Positions 39,952-48,941 of a stretch of 64,000 bases of DNA are shown here, piece by piece. A program made the translations under genes and the position numbers. Position 1 is the first letter of the stretch. The number at the start of each line of letters is the position of its first letter. This DNA is from a virus. Its lineage: Duplodnaviria > Caudoviricetes. Where the stretch lies: positions 1 to 64,000 of the IMG/VR virus record IMGVR_UViG_2934470325_000001, one strand, 5' to 3'. Below the pieces are notes generated by a model. The model did not search any database. It had not been told where the DNA came from and saw nothing but the letters and a program-made list of their open reading frames with translations.

Positions 39952-39961
39952 GGGCTCAGGT

Positions 39962-40027
39962 TAGTGGGTGCCCCTCGACTTCTCTAGTGGGCACCCCCTT
40001 GCGCCGTTAGTGGGTACCCACTATGCT
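39962..40027. promoter_or_regulatory. three operators at 23-bp spacing over divergent promoters
   Basis: TAGTGGGTGCCCC 39962, TAGTGGGCACCCC 39985, perfect palindrome TAGTGGGTACCCACTA 40008; TTGCGC-17bp-TATGCT. Confidence 0.8.
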
Positions 40028-40062
40028 TTAGGTGTAGGCAGGAACGAGCAGGGGAGACGGAC

Positions 40063-40362
40063 ATGGCGAACACGGTGACCATCGAGCGGCTGACCATCGA
40101 CGACATCACCAGCCGGATCCGCCGCGCCTACGGGGTGCACACCACCCAGACCTACCGGGGTGCGTGGATGAGCCTGAGCAACCTGGCCGAGCGCGTCGAC
40201 CTCACCTTCAACGAGATCAAGGCCGGCGTCCTCCACCTCGCCCAGACCGACCGCCAGTGCGTGATCGCCCCCGAGAGCAACCAGCGCACCCTCACCGGCC
40301 TGGACCGCGAGCTGGCGGTGCGGTACGGCGGCCAGGACAACCACCTCATCTGCTGGAGCTAG
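40063..40362 (+). CDS. wHTH-like hypothetical protein
   Basis: GAWMSLSNLAERV...APESNQRTLT...GGQDNHLI. Confidence 0.7.
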   Translation: MANTVTIERLTIDDITSRIRRAYGVHTTQTYRGAWMSLSNLAERVDLTFNEIKAGVLHLAQTDRQCVIAPESNQRTLTGLDRELAVRYGGQDNHLICWS

Positions 40363-40433
40363 CCGCCCCGGGGTCGGCCACCCGGCCGACCCCCGCCCTA
40401 CCCTCTGACCAGCCCACGACACCGGAGGACACC

Positions 40434-40757
40434 ATGACCAACACTGCCGCGCAGACCGACGCCCTCTACCGCGCCGCCATCGCCACCGACGCCGCCATCG
40501 CCGGCCCGCACTGCACCATCGACGTGTACGAGCTGGAGGTCACCGGCCACAGCGACGACGGCCCGGTCTACGAGCTGAGCGACCGCACCGCCATGGACAC
40601 GGCCGCCACCAGCGTGCGCACCGACGACCCCGACCGGGCCGCCGCCGCCCAGGACGAGGCCGACGAGATCCTGCGGGCCGCAGGCTGGGTCCGGGTGGAG
40701 GACTGGGACGCCGGCGACGGCGGCCTGTACGCCGACGTGGAGCCGGCCAACGGCTGA
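40434..40757 (+). CDS. hypothetical protein
   Basis: GGAGG RBS. Confidence 0.65.
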   Translation: MTNTAAQTDALYRAAIATDAAIAGPHCTIDVYELEVTGHSDDGPVYELSDRTAMDTAATSVRTDDPDRAAAAQDEADEILRAAGWVRVEDWDAGDGGLYADVEPANG

Positions 40758-40831
40758 CGCCGGACGCAGAGCAGCCCCGCTCCCACGAGGGGAGCGGGGC
40801 TGCTTGCTGTGCGGCGATCGTTCACTAAGCC

Positions 40832-40872
40832 GTGTAGACACATCTACACATCACGTGTAGACTCATCTACAT
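40832..40872 (+). promoter_or_regulatory. two palindromic operators over a leaderless promoter
   Basis: GTGTAGACACATCTACAC (40832) and GTGTAGACTCATCTACAT (40855); TAGACT 7 nt before ATG. Confidence 0.8.
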
Positions 40873-41209
40873 GAGCGAGCGGCAGATCACCCGGGACATC
40901 GCCCGATACAGCGACACCGACGAGCCGATGCACCGGTGGGCCCTCACCATCGACGGCGACACCGTCTCCGAGCTGTGGGTGGCTATCGAGACCGGCGAGA
41001 TCATGCAGGTCGAAACCCCCGCCGAGCACCAGGGCAACGGCTACGCCACCGCCCTCTACCGGCAGGCCGCCGCCGAGATCACCATCTACCACGCCCCCGA
41101 AGCCCACCGCACCTACGAGGGTGACCGCTTCGCCCGTTCCGTCGGCGGCGACTCCCTGCCCTGCCAGCACGGCTGCTGCGACAACGACAACGACGACGAG
41201 GAGTTCTGA
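40871..41209 (+). CDS. minimal GNAT acetyltransferase (putative toxin)
   Basis: VETPAEHQGNGYATALY acetyl-CoA motif A. Confidence 0.7.
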   Translation: MSERQITRDIARYSDTDEPMHRWALTIDGDTVSELWVAIETGEIMQVETPAEHQGNGYATALYRQAAAEITIYHAPEAHRTYEGDRFARSVGGDSLPCQHGCCDNDNDDEEF

Positions 41210-41568
41210 TGGCCACCGACGACCTGATGGCCTGGGCCGGCCCCGCCTGGGCCGAACTGACCGACGAGCAGCGCGACCAGCTCGCTGCCGCCGCCGCCGA
41301 CATTACCCAGCGGTACCCCGACCCCGACGACCAGGGCGACCGCGACGCCGCCTTGTCGGCCACCGTGCAGTACCTGCTCGGCGAGACCACCGCCGACGAC
41401 ACTGCCCGCGCCCTGCTCGCCGCCCGGCAGGCCGCCCGCGCCGCCTACGTGGCCGCCGTGCAGCACGCCGTGATGCTCCACCGAGTCGGCGGCAGCCAGA
41501 AGAAGGCCGCCGCCCTCGCCTGCGGCATCGACCGGATGACCCTCCTCAAAGCCCTGGGCGAGCGGTGA
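41209..41568 (+). CDS. C-terminal HTH protein (putative antitoxin/autorepressor)
   Basis: SQKKAAALACGIDRMTLLKALG; coupled to GNAT. Confidence 0.7.
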   Translation: MATDDLMAWAGPAWAELTDEQRDQLAAAAADITQRYPDPDDQGDRDAALSATVQYLLGETTADDTARALLAARQAARAAYVAAVQHAVMLHRVGGSQKKAAALACGIDRMTLLKALGER

Positions 41569-42341
41569 GTCAGGACGAGTGGCTGCGCCGCCTACGCCGC
41601 GCCGGAACGGCAGTCACCGCAGCCAGCGCGGCCAGCGACGAAGCGTTCGCGCACCTCGACGCCACGGTCCGCGCTGCACGCCAGGCAGGGCGTACCGTGG
41701 CGCACCTGGTGACCGTGACGGGCCTGAGCAAAGCTCGAATCGACGAGGCCATCGCGGCCGGCGGCCCCGAGGACGACCTGCCAAGCAGCGACACCGCCCT
41801 GCGGATCGCCGCATACACCGCCGCCGCCGCAGACGCCAACTACCTTGCCTGCCGTGGCCGCCGAGACGCGCTCATGCTCCAAGCTGGCATGGAAGGGCTG
41901 ACGTACTCGGCGATCGCCGCTGCGGCGGGCACCTCCCGCCGGTACGAGTGGCAGCTACGCACCGGCCGCCTCGACATCGACAGGCGGTCGCCACGGCAGT
42001 CCGTGTTCGAAGGGGCCGGCATGGAGGCATATCGGGCCACCGAAAACGCGCGGCTGCGATCCCGCAGGCAAGCGGTAGAAGCCGGGCTGCCGGTGCAGAT
42101 CACGCACGGACTGTACGGCTACCGCCACGGATGCCGGTGCGACGTGTGCGTGGAGGCGCGGCGCGGCGTCCAGGCGGGCGACGTGGCCGTCAGCCACGGG
42201 CTCGACGGCTACCGCCACGGCTGCCGATGTGAGGTGTGCACGGCCAAGAACGCCAGCTACCACCGTGACTGGCGTCGCCGCCGGTCAAGCACAGTGCGCG
42301 TACTCCCGCCGCAGAGAGGGGAACCGCGATGGGAGGGGTAG
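41565..42341 (+). CDS. two-HTH protein with tandem HG..GY.HGCRC..C motifs
   Basis: HGLYGYRHGCRCDVC and HGLDGYRHGCRCEVC. Confidence 0.6.
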   Translation: MSQDEWLRRLRRAGTAVTAASAASDEAFAHLDATVRAARQAGRTVAHLVTVTGLSKARIDEAIAAGGPEDDLPSSDTALRIAAYTAAAADANYLACRGRRDALMLQAGMEGLTYSAIAAAAGTSRRYEWQLRTGRLDIDRRSPRQSVFEGAGMEAYRATENARLRSRRQAVEAGLPVQITHGLYGYRHGCRCDVCVEARRGVQAGDVAVSHGLDGYRHGCRCEVCTAKNASYHRDWRRRRSSTVRVLPPQRGEPRWEG

Positions 42342-42778
42342 CCACCCTAGAGCATGGGCAGCAGGAGTACGCCTGGATGCTCAACGCGATCCGGGCCGAC
42401 GCGTGGCTGGTGGGGCGCATGTGGGTGGACGCCGAATCCACCCCTGACGAGCTGGACCAGCCCGGCACGGTGTGGTCGGTCGTCCTGGTCGACGGTGCCC
42501 CGGCGGCGTGGTGTGCGGCCACCCCCGACGCGGGCGCACTCCGGGCGCACTCCAACTACGAGCACCCCCGGCATCGGGGGCGCGGCCTGTACGCGGCGGC
42601 GTACGCGCAGAGGCACCGCGACGTGATCCGCACGTCAGGGGTGCCAGCGGTGACGTACCTCTTCGCGCAGCCGATCCCGTTGCACGAGGCGGACGGCTGG
42701 CACCGCACCAGTGCCCAGGGGCCGGGTGAGGTGGACGGCCACTGGTGGTGGGAACTGCGCCGCATCCCCACGGATTGA
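42329..42778 (+). CDS. GNAT acetyltransferase
   Basis: YEHPRHRGRGLYAAAY; LHEADGW. Confidence 0.75.
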   Translation: MGGVATLEHGQQEYAWMLNAIRADAWLVGRMWVDAESTPDELDQPGTVWSVVLVDGAPAAWCAATPDAGALRAHSNYEHPRHRGRGLYAAAYAQRHRDVIRTSGVPAVTYLFAQPIPLHEADGWHRTSAQGPGEVDGHWWWELRRIPTD

Positions 42779-42880
42779 CAGCCGGGAACACGCTTTCCCG
42801 TCCGCCTGGTGTTCGGCCCAAGGTGGGCCGCTGTCGCCTCTCGGACAGCCCCACCCCGACCCGGCCGCTACCGTGCCCGG

Positions 42881-43339
42881 ATGATCCGCCGCACCCTCCC
42901 CGCCGCCCTCGCCCTCACCGCCGCCCTCACCGGCTGCGGCAGCAACCCCGAACCAGCCGCCGCACCGCCACCCACAAAAAGCGCAGCACCCCTCCCGCTC
43001 CTCATCCGAGGCACCTTCAGCCTGGAACTCCCCAAGTTCATCTGGTCCGAGGAAACGCACACCTGCGCAGGCATGGGCGGATACGACGACATTGCAGGCG
43101 GAACCCAAGTCCTCGTCACCGACCCGGCAGGAGTGAACCTCGCCGTCGGGGCACTCGACGACGGCCAGCCCGTCATCGACCCCGACGACGACAGCCGCGC
43201 CACCTCCTGCCTCTTCGAATTCGAAGTCCCGAATGTGCCCAGCGGTAAGGGCATCTACGGGATAGAGGTGGGCCGTCGGGGCAAGGTCCAATACAAGGAG
43301 GCCGACCTGGGGGAGAAGCTCAGCCTCAGCCTCGGCTGA
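42881..43339 (+). CDS. lipoprotein
   Basis: lipobox LTGC; TACCGT six nt before ATG. Confidence 0.8.
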   Translation: MIRRTLPAALALTAALTGCGSNPEPAAAPPPTKSAAPLPLLIRGTFSLELPKFIWSEETHTCAGMGGYDDIAGGTQVLVTDPAGVNLAVGALDDGQPVIDPDDDSRATSCLFEFEVPNVPSGKGIYGIEVGRRGKVQYKEADLGEKLSLSLG

Positions 43340-43488
43340 TCCCGTCACGGCAGGCATGCGAAAGGGGGCCGCCCCACCCCCCGCCGGCTGCCCGCGTGGC
43401 GGCGAGGCAGCGACAGACAGGGATGGGGCGGCCCTGGGCAACACCGGCGCTGGGGAGCTAGACCGGGGCCCGTCCGTGATGCTGAGGA

Positions 43489-43989
43489 TCAGGCAGCCGC
43501 GTCGGGGCGCTGGTCTGCCGGCGAGTGGCAAAACGGGAACGGCTCGACCAACGGAACAGTGCGCACGGTCCGCTCCACGCCGTAGAAGCCGCTGCGGGCG
43601 ATGACGGAGTTACCGTCGTCGTCGCACACGACCACCTCGATGGTGAGCTGCCCGTCGTCGATCTCGAAGCCCGCACCGGTGGGAACATCGTGCGGGTCGA
43701 GGCCGTTCGCGCGGACCCACTCGCACAGCATCTCTTGCCCCGGACCGCTGAGGGCCGGAAGACGCCCCGCCGTGACCACGCCCGAGTGATCCATGCGGGC
43801 GATCGAGGATTGCAGGAAGTCGCGCTCCGTCCGGTTACGCACCGCCTCCGCCGCGCCAGTCCACGCCTGCTGGATGGTGTCGCCGAGGTCATCCCACACC
43901 GGCATCGGGTCGCCCCGATAGTTCTTGAACCCGACCGCCTCGCCGTACGCCTGATAGGCGACCTGGGCCAGCTCAACGCTGTCGGTCAC
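43489..43989 (-). CDS. hypothetical phage protein after holin
   Basis: AYQAYGEAVGFKNYRGDPMPVWDDLG. Confidence 0.65.
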   Translation of the reverse strand: MTDSVELAQVAYQAYGEAVGFKNYRGDPMPVWDDLGDTIQQAWTGAAEAVRNRTERDFLQSSIARMDHSGVVTAGRLPALSGPGQEMLCEWVRANGLDPHDVPTGAGFEIDDGQLTIEVVVCDDDGNSVIARSGFYGVERTVRTVPLVEPFPFCHSPADQRPDAAA

Positions 43990-43990
43990 C

Positions 43991-44359
43991 TCAGGCCGTC
44001 CGCTCGGCGGCACCAGCCGGCTTGTCCTTCACGCCGGCTTCCTGCGCCGCATCCGACACGCCCGTCGGCTTGAACAGCCCGAAGTGCACCGCCACGGCGA
44101 TGCCGAAGTTGATGAGGGTGGAGTACACCACCGGGATCCACTCGAACACCGCCGACGTGTTCTCCGCCTGCAACCACGCCGACAGGATCGAGTTGACCGC
44201 CGACAGGGTCAGCAGCAGCACCGCCTTCACGCCAGGACTGGTGGAGCGGCGGGTGACGAGGCCGACGAGGATCGGCAAGAGGATGGTGATGGCCAGGGAC
44301 AGCAGCCCGCCAAGGTTGGGGGCGAAGCCGTACACGGGCAGTGCGGGGATGTCGCTCAT
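43991..44359 (-). CDS. holin
   Basis: 3 TM, LPILVGLVT, HFGLFKPTG; position after lysin. Confidence 0.8.
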   Translation of the reverse strand: MSDIPALPVYGFAPNLGGLLSLAITILLPILVGLVTRRSTSPGVKAVLLLTLSAVNSILSAWLQAENTSAVFEWIPVVYSTLINFGIAVAVHFGLFKPTGVSDAAQEAGVKDKPAGAAERTA

Positions 44360-44436
44360 GTGACCCCTCCAGGGGTGATCTTGAAGGGCCTACCCGACAT
44401 GAGGGCAGGCAGAAGGAAACGCCTACGATCGGCGTT

Positions 44437-44790
44437 GTGGCAGGCCAACCGCAGGTACGCGAGTCAGCGTGGCTGCACGCGCCCGCAAACCCGTACGTGC
44501 CGCTCGCCCACATGCGGCTAGAGGAACGCATGGATGGCACGGGGTGGGACCTGTACGTGTCCGACCCGGCCTCCGCCCCCAGTCAGCACGTGTGCTGGCC
44601 CGACGAGGACGGGGCACGCGGTGAGATGGAGCGGCTCTACACCGCCGGGCGGGCAGACGGCGAATGGCGCATCACACAGACCGGCCGTTCACCGCAGGCG
44701 GCGACGGACGCCCCACCAGCCGACGCAACGCATGAATATCCGGCTCCGGCCGCCACACCTCCGCCTGCACCGACGTCAACGTGTCCGTGA
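44437..44790 (+). CDS. hypothetical protein inserted antisense in lysis module
   Basis: TACGAT 7 nt before GTG; 3' end overlaps convergent gene. Confidence 0.4.
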   Translation: MAGQPQVRESAWLHAPANPYVPLAHMRLEERMDGTGWDLYVSDPASAPSQHVCWPDEDGARGEMERLYTAGRADGEWRITQTGRSPQAATDAPPADATHEYPAPAATPPPAPTSTCP

Positions 44791-45121
44791 ACCGGCCAAC
44801 CTCCCTGGTCATCCGCTTCAAGCGGTCCTCCAGCTCGGTGATCTGCGCCCGCAGCCGGGCCACATCCGCGTCAGCCTCATCGCGGATCCGCTCAGCCCGA
44901 TCCTCCGACTCCCGCGCTTCTTTGCGGGCGGCCTGCTCACTGGCCTGCAACTGGGTCGCCCACTGCAACATCGCGTCCCTACGCGACGCCCTACCGGCAA
45001 CCCGGTTGGTGATGGCGCTGACGACGATCGCCGCAGCAGCCGAGATCAAACCGACGATGACGGTGGTCGCATCCAACCCTGACGAGGCGGCAGCGAACAT
45101 CAGTCCGTAGGTGGGGTCCAT
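44672..45121 (-). CDS. TM + coiled-coil lysis-module protein
   Basis: single TM then heptads. Confidence 0.7.
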   Translation of the reverse strand: MDPTYGLMFAAASSGLDATTVIVGLISAAAAIVVSAITNRVAGRASRRDAMLQWATQLQASEQAARKEARESEDRAERIRDEADADVARLRAQITELEDRLKRMTREVGRFTDTLTSVQAEVWRPEPDIHALRRLVGRPSPPAVNGRSV

Positions 45122-45531
45122 GCTGGTTGTCCTTTGCTGGTGACCGGCTCTGGCCAGCCCGCGATCAACCACACACACATCGCGAACGCACCCCACACCG
45201 CCGCCGACACCCAGCCATCCGGCACGTTGCCGAGGACCCAGCCGGACAGGTACAGGGAGAACCAGAGGACTTTGATTCCGATGGCCGCGCCGAACGCCAA
45301 CCTGTCGCAGTCCCGCACCGACCCCAGGGTGCAGGCGACAGCGATGGCGATCCACAGAGCAGCCCACGGCCACAACGGCATGATGCCGTGCAGCCAGGCG
45401 TAAAACGGCTGGGCGTCGGGCTGGGCGGTGGCGAGACGCAGCCCGTAGGCGACGTCGAGGCCGGCGAACACCAGTAGGGCTATGCCTCGCCGGCCGACCC
45501 GGTGCTGCAACCGTGCGACCGCCCTACCCAT
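45100..45531 (-). CDS. 4-TM lysis-module membrane protein
   Basis: four hydrophobic helices directly after lysin. Confidence 0.75.
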   Translation of the reverse strand: MGRAVARLQHRVGRRGIALLVFAGLDVAYGLRLATAQPDAQPFYAWLHGIMPLWPWAALWIAIAVACTLGSVRDCDRLAFGAAIGIKVLWFSLYLSGWVLGNVPDGWVSAAVWGAFAMCVWLIAGWPEPVTSKGQPAWTPPTD

Positions 45532-46472
45532 CAGGACATGCTGCCGTCGGAGACGCGGCCGGTGAACGTGAACGTCGCCGGCAGTTCCAGACGTCCCGCC
45601 GGCCCCTGCGGACCGGGGTCACCCTTCGGCCCCTGCGGACCCGCCGGACCCTGAGGTCCCTGCGGGCCGGCAGGACCGGGCTGGCCAGCACCGCCGTACC
45701 GCTTCGCCATGCACATCTGGAGTTGCACGTAGCCCCACGCATCGAACTTGTCGCCGGAGGTGGCGGTGCTGCCGACCGACTTGCGCATCCGCAGCACCGC
45801 CGCCGACGTGCCCGACCCGTAGACGCCATCCTCATCGCCGGCCTTGAAACCGAGATAGTTGAGGGCGACCTGGAGGGCCTGCACGTGCATGCCCTTGTCG
45901 CCGACCTGGCAGAACATCAGGAGTCCCCCTGTCGAAGTCGTCAACCCGATGTACGCCAGGTAGCGGCGGAACACCGGGGTCAGATCAGTGCCGGCCTTCG
46001 TGACATCCCGGAACACGCTGGCGTGCGTGTGGGACAGGTGCGAGGTGTCGCCGCTCGACCGACGCTTAAGCCGATCCCAGCGTTTGACCGTCACCCCGTC
46101 GGGCGAGTAGATGACCTCGCGGATCCACAAGGTGTCCGGAGCATTCGCCTCACACTCACCGACCAGCCACACGCTGAACGTGCGCAAGTTGTGCGTCCGC
46201 CCGTTGACGGTGACGCTGAACCAGCCGACGTCCAGGGCCGACGCGTAGTCGCTCAGCCCGGCCTTGTCCCGCGACGACTCGACCACCGAGTAGTCGCTGG
46301 TCACCACCCGGTCCTCGCCGCAGTGGTAGCCGCCCCGGTGGGCGCTGTCGGCGACGATACCGACCTCGTTCGGTTCGAGGTCCGCCGAGCGGGCCACACC
46401 CGGATCCATGTCCAGATGCGTGAGGAGCAGGGAACGGACCTGCATCAGGTTGGATGGTGCGCGGGTCACCAC
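45531..46472 (-). CDS. endolysin (Zn-peptidase-like domain + PG-binding domain + collagen tail)
   Basis: GGYH...SALD...HLSHTH; VQALQVALNYLG...DGVYGSGT; 12 G-X-Y triplets. Confidence 0.8.
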   Translation of the reverse strand: MVTRAPSNLMQVRSLLLTHLDMDPGVARSADLEPNEVGIVADSAHRGGYHCGEDRVVTSDYSVVESSRDKAGLSDYASALDVGWFSVTVNGRTHNLRTFSVWLVGECEANAPDTLWIREVIYSPDGVTVKRWDRLKRRSSGDTSHLSHTHASVFRDVTKAGTDLTPVFRRYLAYIGLTTSTGGLLMFCQVGDKGMHVQALQVALNYLGFKAGDEDGVYGSGTSAAVLRMRKSVGSTATSGDKFDAWGYVQLQMCMAKRYGGAGQPGPAGPQGPQGPAGPQGPKGDPGPQGPAGRLELPATFTFTGRVSDGSMS

Positions 46473-46494
46473 ATCACCTCCGTGGGGTTGCCGG

Positions 46495-47967
46495 TCATGC
46501 GGTCATGTCCCAGGTGATGGAGTCCAGCCACACCGACTGGCCTGTGCTGAGGCTGTTGCCGAGGGTGATCTCACCGTTCGTGGCGATCTGCAACTGGGTG
46601 CCGCCGCCCGTGTACCGGGCGATCGTCGTCACCGCCGCGAGCGGCCTGTGCGCGGTCGTCGGGATGACTGCGACCACCGCCCCGGACGACACCGCCCCGG
46701 TCGCGGTCAGCGTGCCCCGCAGCCGGCCGTTGTCGCCGCCACGGTCCAGCCGCGATGCCGCCGCCTTCGCGCCCAGCGCCATGCCTGTGCCCGCCGTCAG
46801 GGCGACGAACGAGGTGGGAGCGGCAGTGCCACCCGCCGATCCGGTCGTCCACGTGCCCGGGGTCCCGCCAGCCGTGCACAGGTAGACGGCACCGGCAGAG
46901 TCGAGCACCACGTCACCAGTCGTCCACGTGCCCGACGTCGGTGCGCCCGTCGTGGCACGCTGGCCGCGAAAGTTGACGGCGGTCAGGCTGTTGTAGGAGC
47001 CGCCCGCGCGGACACCGAGCAGGCCGGCGAGGACGCGGGTGGCCACAATCCAGCCGGGCTGGGTGGAGTGGGCGGTGCCGTACGCACCCAGCAGCGGCTC
47101 ACGGTTCGCCGCGACGCTGGGGTTGGTGCTGAGTTCGAAGAACCGGCCGGTCGACGGCCCGCCCTGGTTCTCATAGAACTCGAAGAACCGGCCGCCAATC
47201 CGGTTGTTGGTCGACGGGGCCCCGCGTACCTCACCGTTGCCGTTCGCCCAGAACGTCTTGACCGCCTGGCCGCCCGACGTAGTGGAGAACAACTGGATCG
47301 TGTCCGGGTTGTTGTCGCCCGACGAGTACGCCATCTGCATCCGCAGCCAAGGGTTACCGGACTGGCCCTGCGTCGGATCCGGGGCCGTCGCCGTCTGCCC
47401 CACATACGCGCCGCCCACCTTCGGTGGGTTGAGCAGCAGCGCACCAGCCACCTGCGACGGCGACAGCAGCGTGAACTGCCCGCCCGACCAGCCGATCACC
47501 GTGCCATCCACGCGGGCACCCAACGCGCCAGCCGACACATCGGAGAGGTTGGCCAGACCAGTCGAGTGCGGGTTGAGGGACGCCGCATGCGCCGCCAAAG
47601 CAGCAGCGTTGTCGGCCGCCTGCTGGCCGACCTGCTGCAACCGGGGGCCCAACACGCCGACCAGCCGCACCCGAGGGCCACCACCAGCGGACGCCCACAG
47701 GTCCGTCACCTCATCGGGTGCCTGAAACGGCGGGATCTGACCCAGGCCGCGCGTGCCGGTTCCGTCAGCAGACGTGACCGTGGTGACAGGGTTGCCGGCC
47801 TCATCGAGCAGGTCGGTGTACTGGACACCGCCCGTTTCCGCACTCCACCCGGTGACCTGCTGCCCGCCCACCACCACCGACTGCGCGCCGGTGACCGTGC
47901 CGACCGTCACCTCGTCGCCTACGGTGATCGTGTAGTCGGCGGCCCCACCGCCAAACCAGTACCGCAC
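46495..47967 (-). CDS. tail fibre / receptor-binding protein
   Basis: position, Gly/Thr-rich, C-terminal beta domain (IPTTAHRP). Confidence 0.75.
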   Translation of the reverse strand: MRYWFGGGAADYTITVGDEVTVGTVTGAQSVVVGGQQVTGWSAETGGVQYTDLLDEAGNPVTTVTSADGTGTRGLGQIPPFQAPDEVTDLWASAGGGPRVRLVGVLGPRLQQVGQQAADNAAALAAHAASLNPHSTGLANLSDVSAGALGARVDGTVIGWSGGQFTLLSPSQVAGALLLNPPKVGGAYVGQTATAPDPTQGQSGNPWLRMQMAYSSGDNNPDTIQLFSTTSGGQAVKTFWANGNGEVRGAPSTNNRIGGRFFEFYENQGGPSTGRFFELSTNPSVAANREPLLGAYGTAHSTQPGWIVATRVLAGLLGVRAGGSYNSLTAVNFRGQRATTGAPTSGTWTTGDVVLDSAGAVYLCTAGGTPGTWTTGSAGGTAAPTSFVALTAGTGMALGAKAAASRLDRGGDNGRLRGTLTATGAVSSGAVVAVIPTTAHRPLAAVTTIARYTGGGTQLQIATNGEITLGNSLSTGQSVWLDSITWDMTA

Positions 47968-47990
47968 TATGACTCCTCAAGGGGTGGTGG

Positions 47991-48923
47991 CTACAGGGGC
48001 CAGGACTTGCTGCCGCGTGCGATGACGCCGGCAGCCATCGGCTCGTCAGCGCGGAGCTGCATGGTTCCGGAAGGCGCGAAGTGCGCGACGGCCGTTGCGC
48101 CGCCGAGCAGGTCGCACGACTCGCTCATACCGACGGTCGTCCGGTACTCGGCGGGAACTAGGAACGCGGTGGACAGCGCACCGGCGGCGACCGTGCTGCC
48201 GACCCGGTGGGTGTCCCACCGGCACCACACGGTGCCGTTCTTGGCGCGAATCTTGATGCTTGTACTCGCACCCGTCCAACCGGCCTCGGCCGTCAGATCG
48301 AGCCAGCCGGTGTCGGCGAGCAGCAGCACCCATGTGGTGCCGTTCGACTCGTAGGAGCGGCCCGTGTCCAGTTCCCGGATCTTGCGACCCAGTTCATGCG
48401 GGGGCCGGGTGCTGGAGGTGCAGTTGATTTGCCCGTCGGAGCCCACATACCAGGCCAGCGGCACGCACTGGCCGGCGTCGGTCGCCGTGTCGTTGTAGGG
48501 CACGGTGACCTCGGCGAGCGGCAGTTCCCACACGCCCGTCGAGGTGTCCTCGCCGTAGGTGGGGGAGGGGGTGGTGGGGGTGGCGAGCGCCGAACCCTTC
48601 ACGACGGCGAGGCCGATCGTCCACGGGTTGCGGGACAGCCGCAGCACGATCAGGTCTTTGCGGGTGGTGCCCGGTGTCGTGTTGGCGTCCACTGTCAGGC
48701 TGACCTCGGTGTCGCCGGAGTCCCACCGCAGGCCCCGCAACAGCGCCGACCGCGACGCCCGCACCTTCACCCCGAGCAGGGTGCTGTCGGCGTACACCAG
48801 CGGTGTCAAAGCAGGCGATCCGATGAGCCCATCCGGGGCCATCGGGTGCATCAAGTCTTCGTACTCGCGGGGCGTCACAGCACGCGAGTTGTGGGCGGTG
48901 GTGGGGTACGCGTAGCCAGCCAT
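47991..48923 (-). CDS. baseplate / minor tail protein
   Basis: RKDLIVLRL, WELPLAEVTV, DTGWLDL. Confidence 0.75.
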   Translation of the reverse strand: MAGYAYPTTAHNSRAVTPREYEDLMHPMAPDGLIGSPALTPLVYADSTLLGVKVRASRSALLRGLRWDSGDTEVSLTVDANTTPGTTRKDLIVLRLSRNPWTIGLAVVKGSALATPTTPSPTYGEDTSTGVWELPLAEVTVPYNDTATDAGQCVPLAWYVGSDGQINCTSSTRPPHELGRKIRELDTGRSYESNGTTWVLLLADTGWLDLTAEAGWTGASTSIKIRAKNGTVWCRWDTHRVGSTVAAGALSTAFLVPAEYRTTVGMSESCDLLGGATAVAHFAPSGTMQLRADEPMAAGVIARGSKSWPL

Positions 48924-48941
48924 CCGCGCCTCCCCTCAGGG

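Noticed and set aside
40370-40393. GC hairpins at 40370, 16956, 16207, 39617, 40770, 43365, 56368
   Set aside because: Simple stem-loops at gene ends, adequately explained as terminators or stabilisers
46495-47967. Diversity-generating retroelement or invertible tail-fibre cassette
   Set aside because: No reverse transcriptase, invertase or template repeat seen in the window
46408-48354. 648-aa plus-strand ORF and similar long ORFs (447-1739, 51631-52977, 62402-63952, 35268-36707, 30423-31616)
   Set aside because: Shadows antisense to well-supported genes, expected at high GC
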